From Octopus sinensis (taxonomy: Eukaryota), in contig NC_043000.1 in NCBI RefSeq assembly GCF_006345805.1, positions 59,272,001 to 59,336,000 of the forward strand: a stretch of 64,000 nucleotides of DNA. Direction: 5' to 3'. Made by a program: the position numbers and the translations under genes. Numbering within the stretch: position 1 is the stretch's first letter; every line of letters starts with the position of its first letter. This document shows, piece after piece, positions 1 through 13,525 of this stretch. A model generated the notes under the pieces. The model made no database searches and was not told the origin of the DNA. It was given only the letters and a program-made list of their open reading frames with translations.

Positions 1-2039
1 ATGACTCTCAATCTTACTTATTTCATCCAGACTCTCTATCTCATTATTAGTATCTCATATATATTATTTCTTACATATCTGTAGATGGCAACGAATATGT
101 AATCAACTCTTATGTATCATTTTATTTTTGCCGCATCATATGTAAAAGCGGTCATGGTAAATTTGATAGAGAATGAATCCAATTTTTATCAGGATTGCCA
201 ATCTTAATTTCATCAATCTGGGAGTTGTAATCGAATATATATGAATAGGGAAATTGATTTTTAAATATCACTTAATCCAAAGTATAATGTCACATGCTGT
301 TGGAAAACCCTTTCGTATATCTTTTCTTTTAGTCTGTTGTGGTAGTGAAACGTATACAATGAAAACATGAAAGTATTCGAATAGGAATTGTAGTAATAAC
401 GAGCGCAGTTCATTGATTATATTGCTTGAGCTGTTCCTGTTAACCTGTAGTCAATTATTTTTAAGTGCATTGCATTTGTCCTTTGTTAAATCGTAGATTA
501 CCCAAAACATCTGATCGATGAAGTTAAGTAACATAACATAAATTGTGGAGAGTATTGATCGTTTTATTCCTAACTGTTAGTAGCAAAATATTATAAAATT
601 CTATTCTTATCAGATGCACTTGATCGTACTATAAACTACTTTGCAATATTTGATTTCAGATGGTCATGGGTAGATAATTTAATTCGTTATGTTTACAGTT
701 TATCTTCGCAAATTCACAGAACAATGTAACCCTAACCCTAACCCTAATAAAATGTAAAATGCTTGTGAATATGTTACACAATAATCGTGAGGCATAAAAG
801 CTACAACACAGCGTTTACTATAAAGAAACAGAAGGAATAATATTTCTTCAGAAAAAGAATTAAATGTTGACAAAAGATAAAAACCCGCACAATTCTTTTG
901 ATCTGAACTCCGTTTATAGTGCATCTAAGGAAATATCTTGGTATATGTTGATTGAAATTAACACTTATGACCTGAAGATTAACTTCAGAAATGATAGAAT
1001 TAATACTCCTAAACCTAAATACCCATATTGACTTTCAAAGTCTCTTAAGTCGAACTTTCATTATTTCCTTCTATTAGATATATAAACCCCATTGAATTTC
1101 ACATTGATATTATTAATAAGAATATTTCAGATTAGATCATGCTTAAGATTGAGAATGTTTCTTCTTTAACCTATGGAATAACATATAAAGTTTTATAAAC
1201 TGGTTCAAATACCTTCTTAATACATCAAATTAACATATTTTCAAGTGGACATTGAGAACTCGTAACGAGAACACGGCTGAATTTTGAACCATAACTCTCA
1301 GATTTTCCCAGTCAAGAACCGCCAACTTAATGTATTTCCATGATAGGAAAAGTGTCATTATAAAAGGTAGTAACGTCTATATGGATCGACCAATCTACCG
1401 TAAGCACCCCACTTCCGACCCCATCACTATGAGTATGGTTAACAGTATTATGGATAGACGTGAAGCAAAGTGAAGGTGGCCTGGCAAGGAGACGAAAATT
1501 CCATACTAAGAGAACAGTAGCTTTGAATAAACGTCTGCATGGGAGACACATCAATTCATAAGCTGCATAGAAGGTAACCCCACAATGAAAGTTGTAAATA
1601 TGACTAAAATTATGACCAGAGATGAGGGTCTCTACAAGTTGCAAAGAAGGTAATCCTTTTAGGAAAGCAATGTCGTAGAATAGAAACTGATACAATGCAC
1701 AAGTAGCTCTTCCGTCTTGACTGAGAACATCACAAGCGCTGGTAAAACGATGAAACGAATCCAATCCATGTAGTAAAGTGGAAGTCACAAGAGTATCCTC
1801 CGGCAAATAATACCGTGCCAAAATCATAACAGCCACAAATACAGAGTAAAATATCTAACTGTAAATGCAAAAATATCACTTATCACGTTAGTGCTTCGTA
1901 ATTTAATGAGATGGTCAGGTGAAGGCACCTGGTGATGTGTGCAAACCTCTAGACTGTTACCAAACGATCACACTATCTTCTTTTCAGAGGTAGAAAACAC
2001 ATTTAACAACCAGCCCACCACTGGAAACTCTCATCTTTT

Positions 2040-3310
2040 TATCACACACAAAACTTCAGAATTGGTACTATTAATGGTGGCATATTGAAAGGTAGATTTA
2101 GAGAGATTATAGAAACTCTGGTGCAAAAGCGAAGGGACTATCAGACTAATTTCTCAAAAGTAAGGAATATAAGTAAAATTTTTTCTGCGTGGGCAACAGC
2201 GCTGGTGTGGATGTAGGCATATTGTTGGTAGAGTTATGTATTGATAAAATAATCGAAGTAGAGTATGTGACAGAATAATTAAGCTTAGACTAGTCAGGAG
2301 CAACGTTCATCTCTGATTCTGATATGCAACATGGACGGATGACCAGAAGGGCCGTTCCTATGTGCCTCTTTCACAAACAACATAGGAAACGAATTACAGG
2401 AACCGCCGTATTCTCATAGCTGTGGCAATAGATATGTTAAGTAACACCATGATGGACGCTGTTGAAATAGGAATAAGAGTATCGTTATTATTGATAATTG
2501 GTACAAGGGCACAAAAGCTTATCTAGAGGAGACAGTCATAGATATCAAACTGATGGATCTGTTTATTATGAAAATAACAGAAAGAGTTGTAACATATCTA
2601 AGAAGAGAATTAGATTAGATGAGTTGCTGTTCGGATTTGAGTCTGGATCGTGTACCACTGATACTCTCTTCACTGTAGAACAACCACAAGAGAAACTCCT
2701 AGCTAATAGTAAGGCGCTTTATCTAGCATATGGTTGTACGTAAGAAATTCTATATAGTAATGACCTAGTTCCCATAGCTGAATCTGTTGAAGTCTCATAG
2801 AAGAATTGCAAAACATGGAATCAAAACCTAGAATATAGAAGCCTCAAACCTCAAATAAACATCATTACGAGTAAACCTAGCAGTTTAGTTAGAAAGAATA
2901 TAATAGCAAATTCATGGATATCTCTCCACTTTCAGGGGGTTGCCCATGATCTATACGCAGAAAATAAGGAGCTCGAAACTCTGTATTGTGCATCAAATGT
3001 AAACAGTAGATGCTTAAGATATACAGTGTGATCACAAGTCGACTGGCAGAAGAAAATCTTTGTATGTAGCAGACGTACAGGAATAGCTGGCAATACGAGC
3101 ACATATGAAATACATTCTGTAAAATGTTTGGAAGGTTCCCTGGACGTAGTTAATAGATTCTGTTACTTAGGTAACCAAACTAGAAATGGATGCAGGTGTT
3201 TGGAAAGTATAAAACCAGAGTAAGAACGAGATGGAAACGTTCAGGGAGGATTCACTCCGGGCAAAGAACAGAGTGTTTGATGTTTGTACACTAAATACGA
3301 TATTTTCTGA
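2040..3310 (+). mobile_element. Decayed, internally deleted RTE-clade LINE (APE endonuclease start plus RT fragments)
   Basis: Manual translation gives LRIGTINGGILKGRFREIIETLVQKR (APE start), a VGILLVELCIDKIIEVEY segment, and DELLFGFESGSCTTDTLFTVEQPQEKLLANSKALYLAY (RT, matching the QFGF..GRSTTDAIF..RQLQEK..YLAF motif). Many stops and frameshifts. Confidence 0.85.
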
Positions 3311-4329
3311 TAATCTATAATTATTTAATCTTATGAGAAATATAACAGCAATATCGATTTCTTCCATTATGTAGTTGCAGATATAGACCTGTGATAAAAA
3401 AGTTTTCCAAACCTTGTGAATAAAATTGAGATTTATGAAAACTGAAGTTCATCGGATGGACTCTTGCTTTTCTTCCAACAGACTCGGAGGCTCTTCTTCC
3501 TCTGACTGAGCAATACTGAACCATAAAAAATGCTTGCGTGTGTTTGTTATATTCCCATGCACTACCATGATTATCATGTACCAAAACTGTGTTCCTGATT
3601 CGGTTCACTGGAAGTCCATCCTTAATCTATGGCACTCGACAAGCTTGTATTACAATCATTCTTAAAAACAGGTATAAAGCATACTAATATTTTGTATCCG
3701 TAAAACTTGAACAATATGAAAGTATAATGTGTGTAATTACGCGTGATGGGAAAACATGGCCGTTCATAAATATAATACTACGTAGCCATTGCTAATTGTA
3801 ATAGTTAATCATTAGTACATAGCGATAAATTTATATATTTAGATACAAACAAATTCAATTCTATTTGCATTAATTTTGTTGGAAATTAATACCAATATCA
3901 ACATTCGTCTTCCATCCCCTCAATACAATACGAATCGCAAATTCTGTCGAAGTCGACGTTGTCTTTTGGTGTGGATAAAATAAGTACCAGCTGAACGCTG
4001 GGAGACGATGTTATTGATTTTTATTTTCCACCGATTTTGCTGGCCTTGTGCTAAAATTTGAGAGCAATATTAAATGAATCGAGTATGAATACTGAACACG
4101 TTAAAAAGACATTGCACATTGCATCGTGTCCGTAATTTAAAAATTAAAAAAAATCCAGCTTTTATGCAGGTAGTTAGTCGATTAAATCGATTCTATTTCT
4201 TGGCTTGCATCTTATTTTTATCTACTCTGGAGGGATGAGCGTCAAAGTTGACTTCGGTGGGATATGAACATAAAAAAGGCGGAAGAAATACAGTAAGGAC
4301 TTGCGTCCGAATTTTTAACGATTCTACGA

Positions 4330-4640
4330 ATCTACCACCCTTCGTGTTATTTTTTAGATATTTCAAACTATATTTACCTTTATCTGAATACATGTGCTAT
4401 AGTTTGTCCATTCCATATTAGTTGTTGGGTTCTTCCACCAGGTGCCGTTTGCGGTACAATCTTTGTAGGCATTACCTGATTTAAACACACAAAGTAAAAA
4501 TGTATAAGTGGACTGCTGACAACAATAATCAGTAAAATACAAAATAAATAATATATGATGTTGTTTAGTTTCCAGATCAGTGGTAATCGAACAGGTCTAT
4601 TACCAAACACATCTCAGTCAGTCGTGACCATATGGCCAGC
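4330..4640 (-). mobile_element. Probable RTE LINE fragment, highly decayed
   Basis: The minus strand resembles RTE C-terminal and 3' segments. Recognised by eye only. Confidence 0.4.
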
Positions 4641-4794
4641 ACACCTTGTTTTTTCTTTTAAAGACAGTATATCTAGAACTAAATCACAGTGTCGTTTTAC
4701 TTTTTAAGTTTGTTGAGTGAATGGGTGTGGAAGGTTTGACTGCTATTCCTAGAAGGTCGAGTGACCACTTAGAAACTAATTCTTTAGTCCGTGA

Positions 4795-5429
4795 TGTTAT
4801 GTGTAATACAGTTAATAATTCTTTATCCGAAAACGGTTAAGAAATGGATCAGTCTGGTTACGGAGAAGCGACGAGCAAATTTCATATCTGCGCATTTTCT
4901 GATTTTCATTCAAATTGTGTAGTGCCAATTTGTCGAGCTTTTTTGACTTTCCGATCGCATGCAAATGACTGCAGGCAGTTTTCTAACTAAGTTGAAGTTC
5001 TTTTGCCAGTTCTCGAGTGGTTTTACGTGGATCTGTCTCAATGACGGTCTTTAATTGACCGTCATCGATTACAAGCGGGCGTCCACTACGCTTACGAACT
5101 TCAAGGCTGAGGTCTCCACTACGAAATCGTTTAAAGCATTTTCGATCTGATCGCTCACTAATCATTTCATCACCAAACGTTCCGTTGATATTGCGAGCAG
5201 TTTCAACTACTTTACGTCCATTTTTGAAGTTGAATAGCAAAATTGCTCGAATATCACGCCTTGACAGTTCCATTTTAGATGATTGCAATAACGATGAAAG
5301 AAATATATTGATGCATTTAGGCAAGTTTATGTCTGTATTATCAGACAGATGTTTCAAAAAATTCAAAACTCTCCAAAAATCATGTGCAAATACTTCACGG
5401 TTCAGAACGTTGCTTACTTTTTACTCAAC

Positions 5430-5433
<4 letters not shown>
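4795..5433 (-). mobile_element. 3'-truncated mariner transposon (transposase N-terminal HTH region)
   Basis: ORF 4983-5366 reads MELSRRDIRAILLFNFKNG...FKRFRSGDLSLE..RSGRP...DPRKTTRELAKEL. A TIR-like end TCAGGTTGAGTAAAAAGTAAG abuts TA at 5434. Confidence 0.9.
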
Positions 5434-5461
<28 letters not shown>

Positions 5462-5489
5462 CTACACAGACATGCAGGAAGTAAATAGA

Positions 5490-6626
5490 CACCTTTAATT
5501 TTCAAAATCTTTTATATAACACTCAAAGCAAACAATTGAAATGTAATCGATAGGTAGAACTACATACTTTAGTATTTAGTCGTGTATTTTTTTCGTCTTC
5601 GTTTTCGCTGAACGTCGAGGTGCCATTCTTTGCTGGCTATCTGCACGTCGTGCATTTCTTTGATCTTCGTTTTCTGCTGCACGTCGAGCTGCCATTCTTT
5701 GTTGGCTGTCTGCAAGTCGTGCATTTCTTTGATGTTCGGTTCTAGATGCATATCGAACTTTCTTTCTTTGTCGATCATCTGCATGCTCTTCATGTCTCTC
5801 ATCTTCGTTTTCTGCTGCACGTCATGCGTTTCTTTGGTGTTCGTGTTTTGACGCTCTTTTTCTAGGAGACATTTTTTTTGATAACGAATGTCAGTATGTA
5901 ACAGTCAAATGAAATTACAAATGCTGTGTCCTATCAGTGCTAGCGCTGAATTTCCGACGCTATATTACAGGAATGCAAAGCAAAGCGTTGTGTGATAGTT
6001 TAGCTAAGTTGGAAAGCATGCTGTTGATATGAATTGTCTTTTTGTGGGTGTGTCAATGTTTCTCGTTTTCCTGTCAAGTTCTGTGTCTGTGTGTCGCATA
6101 CGTCTCACTTCGCTGTCGGATTCTCTCTGCCTATCTTAAAGAAGTTTGTATATTTATATCTGAACCGACAAGCTAGGAAACTAACTATATCATATAGAAC
6201 AATAGCTTTACTGAATCCAGGTGACTATGCAATGGCACTGAAAAAGCGACAGGTCGAGTGAAACACCCATTTGTCAGGGTTACTTTTAACGTTTGAATAG
6301 GCCATATACCCAAAGAGAATTTAGATTCAGTTTCGAATCTGAACCAAGGTGAGAAAACTCTTACATTTTTTTTGTCTTTACTTTCATTTTGACGGACAAA
6401 TAAACACTATCATATAGAACAAATAGGTTTATGGAACGTAGGTCCCTCACTATGTGAGTAAACTTGCGATGGCACTGAAAAGACCACAGTTCAAGTAGAA
6501 AACCCATTTGTCACGGTTTCTTTTGACGTTTGAATAGGGCACATGCTCAGTTTCGAATCTGAACCAGAGTGAGACTGCTCATACAGATTTGCTGCCTTTA
6601 CAGACAAACAAACAAACAGACAGAAA

Positions 6627-6630
<4 letters not shown>
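5490..6630 (-). mobile_element. 5' portion of a Helitron with a Rep-Hel N-terminal STPR-like repeat and a duplicated 5' UTR segment
   Basis: The minus frame from ATG 5872 reads MSPRKRAS...RAAENEDERH...QRNARLADSQQRMAARRAAENEDQRNARRADSQQRM, followed by a PIDY..I.C..C-like stretch. A diverged ~220-bp tandem duplication lies at 6185-6600, and a TCTG/TTTG-rich 5' terminus runs into (TA)n. Confidence 0.65.
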
Positions 6631-6691
<61 letters not shown>

Positions 6692-6692
<1 letters not shown>

Positions 6693-6951
6693 CACTTTTA
6701 CTCTTTGACTGCGGCCATGCTGGAGCACCACCTTTAGTCGAGCAAATCGATTCCAGAGCTTATTCTTTGTAAGCCTCGTACTTATTCTATCGGTCTCTCT
6801 TGTGGAACCGCTAAGTTACGGGAACGTAAACACACCAGCATCGGTTGTCAAGCGATGTTGGGGGGACAAACACAGATCCACCCACAAGGCTTTATTCGGC
6901 CCGAAGCTATAGTAGAAGATACTTGCCCAAGCCAAGGTGCCACGCAGTGGG

Positions 6952-6952
<1 letters not shown>
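6692..6952 (-). mobile_element. Cephalopod tRNA-derived SINE, partial (type A family)
   Basis: Tail GACTGCGGCCATGCTGGAGCACC and core GGCCCGAAGCTATAGTAGAAGA match the full copy at 31417-31872. Confidence 0.85.
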
Positions 6953-7086
<134 letters not shown>

Positions 7087-7087
7087 C

Positions 7088-7345
7088 TAATGGATGTGTG
7101 GTTAAGACGCTGGCTTTGCGACCACATGGTTTCGGTTTCAGTCTTAATGCACGGCCCTTGGGCAAGTTTTTTGTACTATATCTAGGGCCGACCAATGCCT
7201 TGTGAGCGTATTTGATAGATGGAAACTCAAAGAAGCTCGTACTATATGTGAGTTTGTGTGTCTTAGTGTTTGAACTTGTCTCCCCTACCATCTCCTGACA
7301 ATAGGTGTTGGTTTACGTTGCCTAACGTAGCAGTTCGGCAAAAAG
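7088..7345 (+). mobile_element. tRNA-derived SINE (type A), diverged
   Basis: Head TGGATGTGTGGTTAAG...GGTTTCAGTC and core GGGCCGACCAATGCCTTGTGAG. Confidence 0.8.
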
Positions 7346-9689
7346 TGGTGTGATATAATAATTAGCAGACTTTTAAAATAAGCAGGGGATTGATTTTTTT
7401 GAGTACGTAAACATTTATGCTTGTATGTATGTGTGTCTTATATTTTACAAGGCAATAGAAATCTGGTAATGAAGTCAAATAGGTTCAAATGGAAGTCCAT
7501 AACGCACTGTGGATACGATTCGCATCTACACCCACCTTTATTTACATCCACTTTCTTTACACCCATCACCGTCAGATTAAATAGGTATAAGTAGAACGGA
7601 AATGAGATTCTGTATAGTCGAAACCCTTTTTTTAATGGACATTAAATACGTTAATAGAGCGTTTGGCTTCAAGCTTCCAACTTATCGCTAACCATATTCC
7701 ACCGTTCAGCTTTCCGTTCATCACATCCTATGAGCTATATTATTTCCCTTCCTTGAAAATCAAATTAACGAGTTTCAGGGATTTAAGCGAAGAAAGAAAG
7801 TAAAAATTATAGATAGCTACTTTACTTTATAAAGTTTATACAATGATAATGATGAGAAATGGGATTTGAATCCTACACAATCATAACCTTTATAGCACCG
7901 GATATTAAAAAATAACCTTCATATTATGTCTAAAAAAAATATAGTTTACTTTCTTTCTTAGAATGGAAATGAAGTGTTTATTATTTCTTAAATTGTATGA
8001 GACGTATATATTATCCAATTTATGTTAAGTGTTTACATACTCAAAAATGTCATATACAAATTTTCCACTGTCAGCTGTCAGGTTCTCCACTTCATTCTTT
8101 AAAAGAATCTCATAATTTCTGAATTATATTCATAGTAATTTTTTACCTTTTTGATGAATGAGTCTTAGGATTTGAATATCTTCTAATAGTTAGCAATCAA
8201 TTTTAAACTATATTATTTCTTTTCTCCTTATTTTTCTTACATCTACTTTGATTGAAATTTTGACATTTATTTTCACATTCCTTATAGGTTGATTCTATTT
8301 CCCCATGTCTACGTCTTCTTATCTCTCAGCCGTTTAATTTTGGTTTTCTGTTGAGCGCTAATGCCATATACAATCATCTATAGGAATTAATAACATAACT
8401 TGTCCAATGAAATAATTCCTTCAGCTTGGATTGCAATGAAGCGAATATAATGAAATTTTCACAATAAATGTTTATATTTAGCGTACAGAATACTCCTTTG
8501 AGATACTTTGCATTACAGTTTCTAAAGTTTGGTATAATTGATTTACGGTCTAATTAACTCCCACTAGTTGGGTCTGATCTTTTCCCTCATTGAGTTCTTT
8601 GATAGTGTTATGTATTGTGTCAATTTTTCTCGTCAGGATTGGGAGTTTACAGTTTATGTAATAAAGGACAAAATCGGAACTAAAACATGATAACAATAAT
8701 ATCAATCTGTAACGACTAATATATTCAACTAAACAGAGTTTAAATCATGTTTGGAACCAAAACATCACATCCCGAAAAATTGCTTTTTGGAATATGTTAA
8801 AAGATAACAGAAAGGTAAAAATATTTGAGTCATCACCGATTGTTCTTCCCTGGAAATTACTACAAATTAAATATATTCCTAATGATCTTGAACAACAAAG
8901 GAAACTTAGAGACAAGATGAGTGTAGACAAACTTCAAATGAAAATACAATTGCTATGGTTAAAGGGGAATTCCAATGAATAAGAATTAAAATCAACTGAC
9001 GAACAAATGAAAGTGGAAATTTATAAAAACAAAAAAACCCGAAAGCTCAGTATATGAAAAGACTATCGAACAATACCAAAATGAAGTGCTAACAACTATT
9101 TAGAGACGGAAGAAAAGTAATAGTTGGTTTAGTAACTATGAAAGTGAATTTAAAATAAATAAAATTACATGGATAATCCATTTCTGAATTAAATTTAAAT
9201 CCACAAAAGATTACTTATAAACTGCAAATCAAGTGCCAAAAAGCCAAACTTCCCGCCAAGAATACAAAGACAATAACATGAATTCCAGATTACTCAGACA
9301 ACATGACAATCTCACTAGGAGAACTCAAAGCTTCGCTTCCTCAAGACAATATTTCCCAGAACTAAGGATTTCAGCGTAAAATAAGGAACAGGAAATATAA
9401 CTCAGAAATCTCAGACAGGATCATCCACAATATGGACCTAAGAACCAATCCAACCATTATAGAAAACTCAACAACAACAGAGAAAAAAATGAACAAATAC
9501 AGAAACAGTAACTGAATGGCAAACTCAACAGATAATCTGCAACAACTGGTACTACAAATAGAATGTGATAAACCAAAAGTAATTAATTTTCGTTAACAAA
9601 AGTCTTTCAACGCAACAAATACAAGTCCTCTAAAATGACTTAAAATTCACTTCAGCAACACAATACTCTAACTTCGATGAGATCTCTCA

Positions 9690-11900
9690 CATCTGTAGAA
9701 TATTATGTCTAACAGAAGTATTATTTGTCTAGGAAAATAATAATGAATGAATTGCACAAAATAAAATCAATTACAATCCTTTATATATAGCCTCCTATAT
9801 CACGAACTACCACTTCCCGAACCGAAATACAACACCAGTCGAAAGGAATGAGAAGTTATACGTGAACACAAGAATAATAATGACATTGTAATTAAAGAAG
9901 CAGATAAGGGGATTCTGTAGTCGTTATTGATGTTGACTACATCAGAAATGCCTCATCCCTTCTACAAGACACCACCTTAATAGGTAAACGCTTACCAATT
10001 ATCACTCCCTCACAAACAAAAAAAAAACAAAACAAAACCCAACAACTTAGCACCTTCACTCTTCTACATCGAAAAGTTTTAACAGATAAGAAATATGACT
10101 ACCTTACAAACTTTGAAGGCAAAATCAGTAATCTATCCATACGCAACCAAGTCCACAAAAGCAAAACAAAATACGATGCCCGTAAAGAATCAGATTCAAG
10201 ATATATAAACTTACCACACCCGAACGATTTTAAGTAAGCACAGGTTGTAGTGGGTCCAACCTGTGTGACAAGTCGACTTGGCAGCTATGTAGATTTATCG
10301 CTGAAACCCATTCCAAAACACATACGAAGCTTTATGATGACCTGACCTGTTAAATCACCATCTAAAAAATTGACAAGAACACCATTATTGTATCATTTGA
10401 TGTAATAAAGCCCAGTAGTGACCATAGACTAGAAATTATAGAATTCTAGCTTTATAAATTTCCCAATGAAATTCTTGTCCGAATAGAAAAATACTAATTA
10501 CCGAAGGAATAAGATTCTCCCTACAGACTAATTTTTCGACTTCGCTGACTGCATTTACAAGAAGTATCTAGGACTGCGATGAGAACGAAGATTGTCCTTA
10601 CTAACGCAAATTTAGTCGTGACATACCTAGAAGTTCAGACATGAACAGTCTAAACTAAAATATGACATTAACTTCCATATATACCAATTAGAAAACTGAA
10701 AACGTTACTTGGATGACTACGTCATCCTGTGGAGCTACACACTTGATCAATTTAATTATTTCAAATCCAAACTAAACGGGATTATATGATTCATAATAGA
10801 ATAGAGTCACAATCAACTATCTTATCTGGATAATAGTAAAAGGTGACAGAAACGTCGAAACCGACATCCACTCGAATCGACAAATTCAAGCAATACGTAT
10901 TCTACACTTCATACTATCAAAACACACCAAAACAAATATATTTATTTCTAACACAAAGAATGTACTCAGTCATTTTGAATCTTGAAACACGGAACAAAAG
11001 GCACCAAGAACTAAAACAAAAACTACTAAATAGATTATAACCAACAATGTTATTCGATATCGGGATAAAACGTGCCAAAAAATTGACATTAAAGAATTAA
11101 GAAGAACAAAGAACAATCTAAACACTGCAAATACTCTAACTTACATAATACATACATCCCGAGAAATACAGAAACATACATCATTATCCGTTAAAACATC
11201 CCATTAATGAAGTCCTAAGAATGAGAAGAGCATGCAAAACATTAAAAGCAAAAGTTAACAAACATTTTCAAAGAAATCTCTTTATGCCAAATTATCTACA
11301 AAAAGCACAAAACTCCAATAGTCAAAACGAGTGATCACTCAAACGGCGGAACCTGCACCAGTCTTATGGAAGACTGAACTTATTAATTCAAATCAGGACA
11401 TATCTTCACTGTGAAAAACTCACTATTCATTGGCAATAAATACGAGATCCTAATACTAAACAGATTCTTCTGAGGAACACTTAGATATATATATGCAATA
11501 AGCAAATCCCAAAATTCCCAGTCTTCCAACTTTCTCATTGTTCTCACAAAACTATTGATCAAATATGGACAAATAAAGAAAATATGTTTATTTTAAGAAA
11601 ATGCGGTTGAATAATCTATAACATATTACGTAGACATATTGCGGGTCCCTGCCTAGAATTTGAAATTCTACGATAATAGTCATTGATAAAATAAGAAAAA
11701 GAAAACAAAAAAACGGGTCTTCCAAATTAAGACCTAACGTAATCAAAGGATTTATCAACAGCATGTTTAGGACAAAACAGTTAGCTGACCGCTTGATGTC
11801 AGCAAAAGATTAATTATTTGAATGCTCCATTTGCATTTGCTGACGTCACGAGCGTGCTAACCAATCAAAGTTGTCTAGCCCTGATATAAGACTATTCCGG
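9690..11900 (+). mobile_element. Decayed Penelope-like element (RT plus GIY-YIG remnants)
   Basis: Fragments NNNDIVIKEADKG, IVSFDVI, GTAMRTK (GTAMG motif, ~10571), KRYLDDY (~10703) and a KPT..KQY thumb segment. Downstream CCAAT, TGACGTCA and TATA-like motifs. Many indels. Confidence 0.8.
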
Positions 11901-12199
11901 AAACACCAGACCAAAGAAACGAAAAGCAACCAAGCATAACCTCAGATAGTCAGCTTACTTTGGCAGATAGCATTGTCGACTAAATATGAAGAACTGCAGC
12001 ACAAATCATCCAGGAGGAACACCCAACAGAAATTTAGTTCAAACAAATACGGCAGAGCTCCAGGATTCTACATATTACACTACTTTTGAAAATTACGAAA
12101 TTATGAAATCAGTTATGTAATTGTATTCCCGATTATTTTAAAAATTAATTTATACTAAGTGTGGTGTATTTTATTTACCGAAAGTGTTAAATCAATATT

Positions 12200-13525
12200 T
12201 CTGAGAATGAGGGTCATAGAATGAAGATTGAAGTCCGTTACCTACCTGTGAAAGCGGTAGTTAATGTAAGTAGCCGACATCTAGAAAGCTCTGAAGAAAC
12301 AGTACTAAACAAAGGTCTCAACTTTTCGACAACCAACAAACGCATTCCATACTTGTTGAAGAGATAGCCACAGAGATATCAAAAGCTCCGGGAGATGAAC
12401 TAAGGTGGAAAGTGAGACAGGTACTAGAAAAAGCGAAACTTCCCAAACCAAATATCACTAAGGAAGAAACGTTCGCTATCAAAACACTAAAGAGTGACAA
12501 TTTCATCATAATGTTTCTAGTGGACAAGGGAAATGCTACAGTAGTGATGAACAAGTCTGACTACTCTGAAAAATTGGCAAGTCTACAGCAAAGTAAAGAA
12601 AGACCCAATTCTGAAAACAGGGAGGAAGTTGTCACATATCTTTATCAAATACAAGGATCACTTTATACCAATGAAGTACAGACAACTGATTCAACACTAC
12701 AGTAAGCTAACACACATGTTCGGTCTCCCTAAGATTCACAAGGATGTTATTCCATTAAGACCCATAGTGAGCTGTAGAGGTTCAGCATGTCATCCACTGA
12801 GCCACTTCCTTGTGAATATAATCAGTCCATTTAGCAGGAAAGTCAACATCGTACGTGAAGAATTCCATCCACTTCACAGAACTGATCAAGGATACCCTCA
12901 TTGGATCCAACCAGATGGTGAGTCTAGATATGATAAGTCTGTTAACCAAAATCCCAACTGATGAAGCACTATCAGTGATTCAAGAAAAACTGGTGACAGA
13001 CACCTATCTAAAAGAACGCACTAGTATACCAATAGGAAACTTGATGGAAATGTTGACCTTCTGTGTAGAAACTACCTACTTCAGAATGGACACTGGTATA
13101 CATCGACAAGAACAGGGTTTAGCTATTTGTTACGAAGACGAAACATGCCACCCACTCAAAATAAGGGTAGAGGAACATCATAAAACTGTGACATGAGGGG
13201 AAATTGAACAATCGGATATAGCTGATTATGTATGGAAAAAAGGAGACCATCTCTCCCCCTGTGGAATGAAGTTAAAATAATAGACAGAGAACACCACTGG
13301 AAAATAAGAAAATTAAAAGAGACAGCACATATGGTAGGACACAATAACCTCCTAAGCAGACCTAGTGCTGATATGAATGCAATATGGAAACTGGTATTAA
13401 TAAAAGATAAAATATTAGGTTTATAAGTCGAAAAATTCACTCTATAATTACCTACGAGCATTTAGCGTAGTGGATCAGAGCGCGAGCTATTAATCCACGG
13501 ATTCCGAGTTCAATTCCAGGCTGAT
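12200..13525 (+). mobile_element. Penelope-like element with internal deletion (N-terminal domain, RT part, GIY-YIG C-terminus)
   Basis: VLNKGLNF, DKGNATVVMNKSDY, FGLPKIHKDVIPLRPIVS, MVSLDMISLLTKIP and QEQGLA, then a jump to ETCHPLKIRVEEHHK..SDIADYVW..IIDREHHWKIRKLKE. Confidence 0.92.
13456..13524 (+). promoter_or_regulatory. tRNA-like (Asn-related) Pol III type 2 promoter in the PLE 3' region
   Basis: A box TAGCGTAGTGG (13463-13473), B box GAGTTCAATTCC (13506-13517), anticodon-arm-like GCGAGCTATTAATC. A homologue sits at the same PLE position at 20037-20100. Confidence 0.6.

Noticed and set aside
727-747. (CCCTAA)3 as a telomere or chromosome end
   Set aside because: Only about 3.5 units, embedded in ordinary sequence.
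1327-1836. Mononegavirales L-protein methyltransferase (DGVGSG resembling GDGSGG)
   Set aside because: Spacing to the other catalytic motifs does not fit. Retained only as an unidentified ORF.
13456-13524. Functional tRNA-Asn gene
   Set aside because: The acceptor and anticodon stems do not form a proper cloverleaf, and the segment is part of a PLE.
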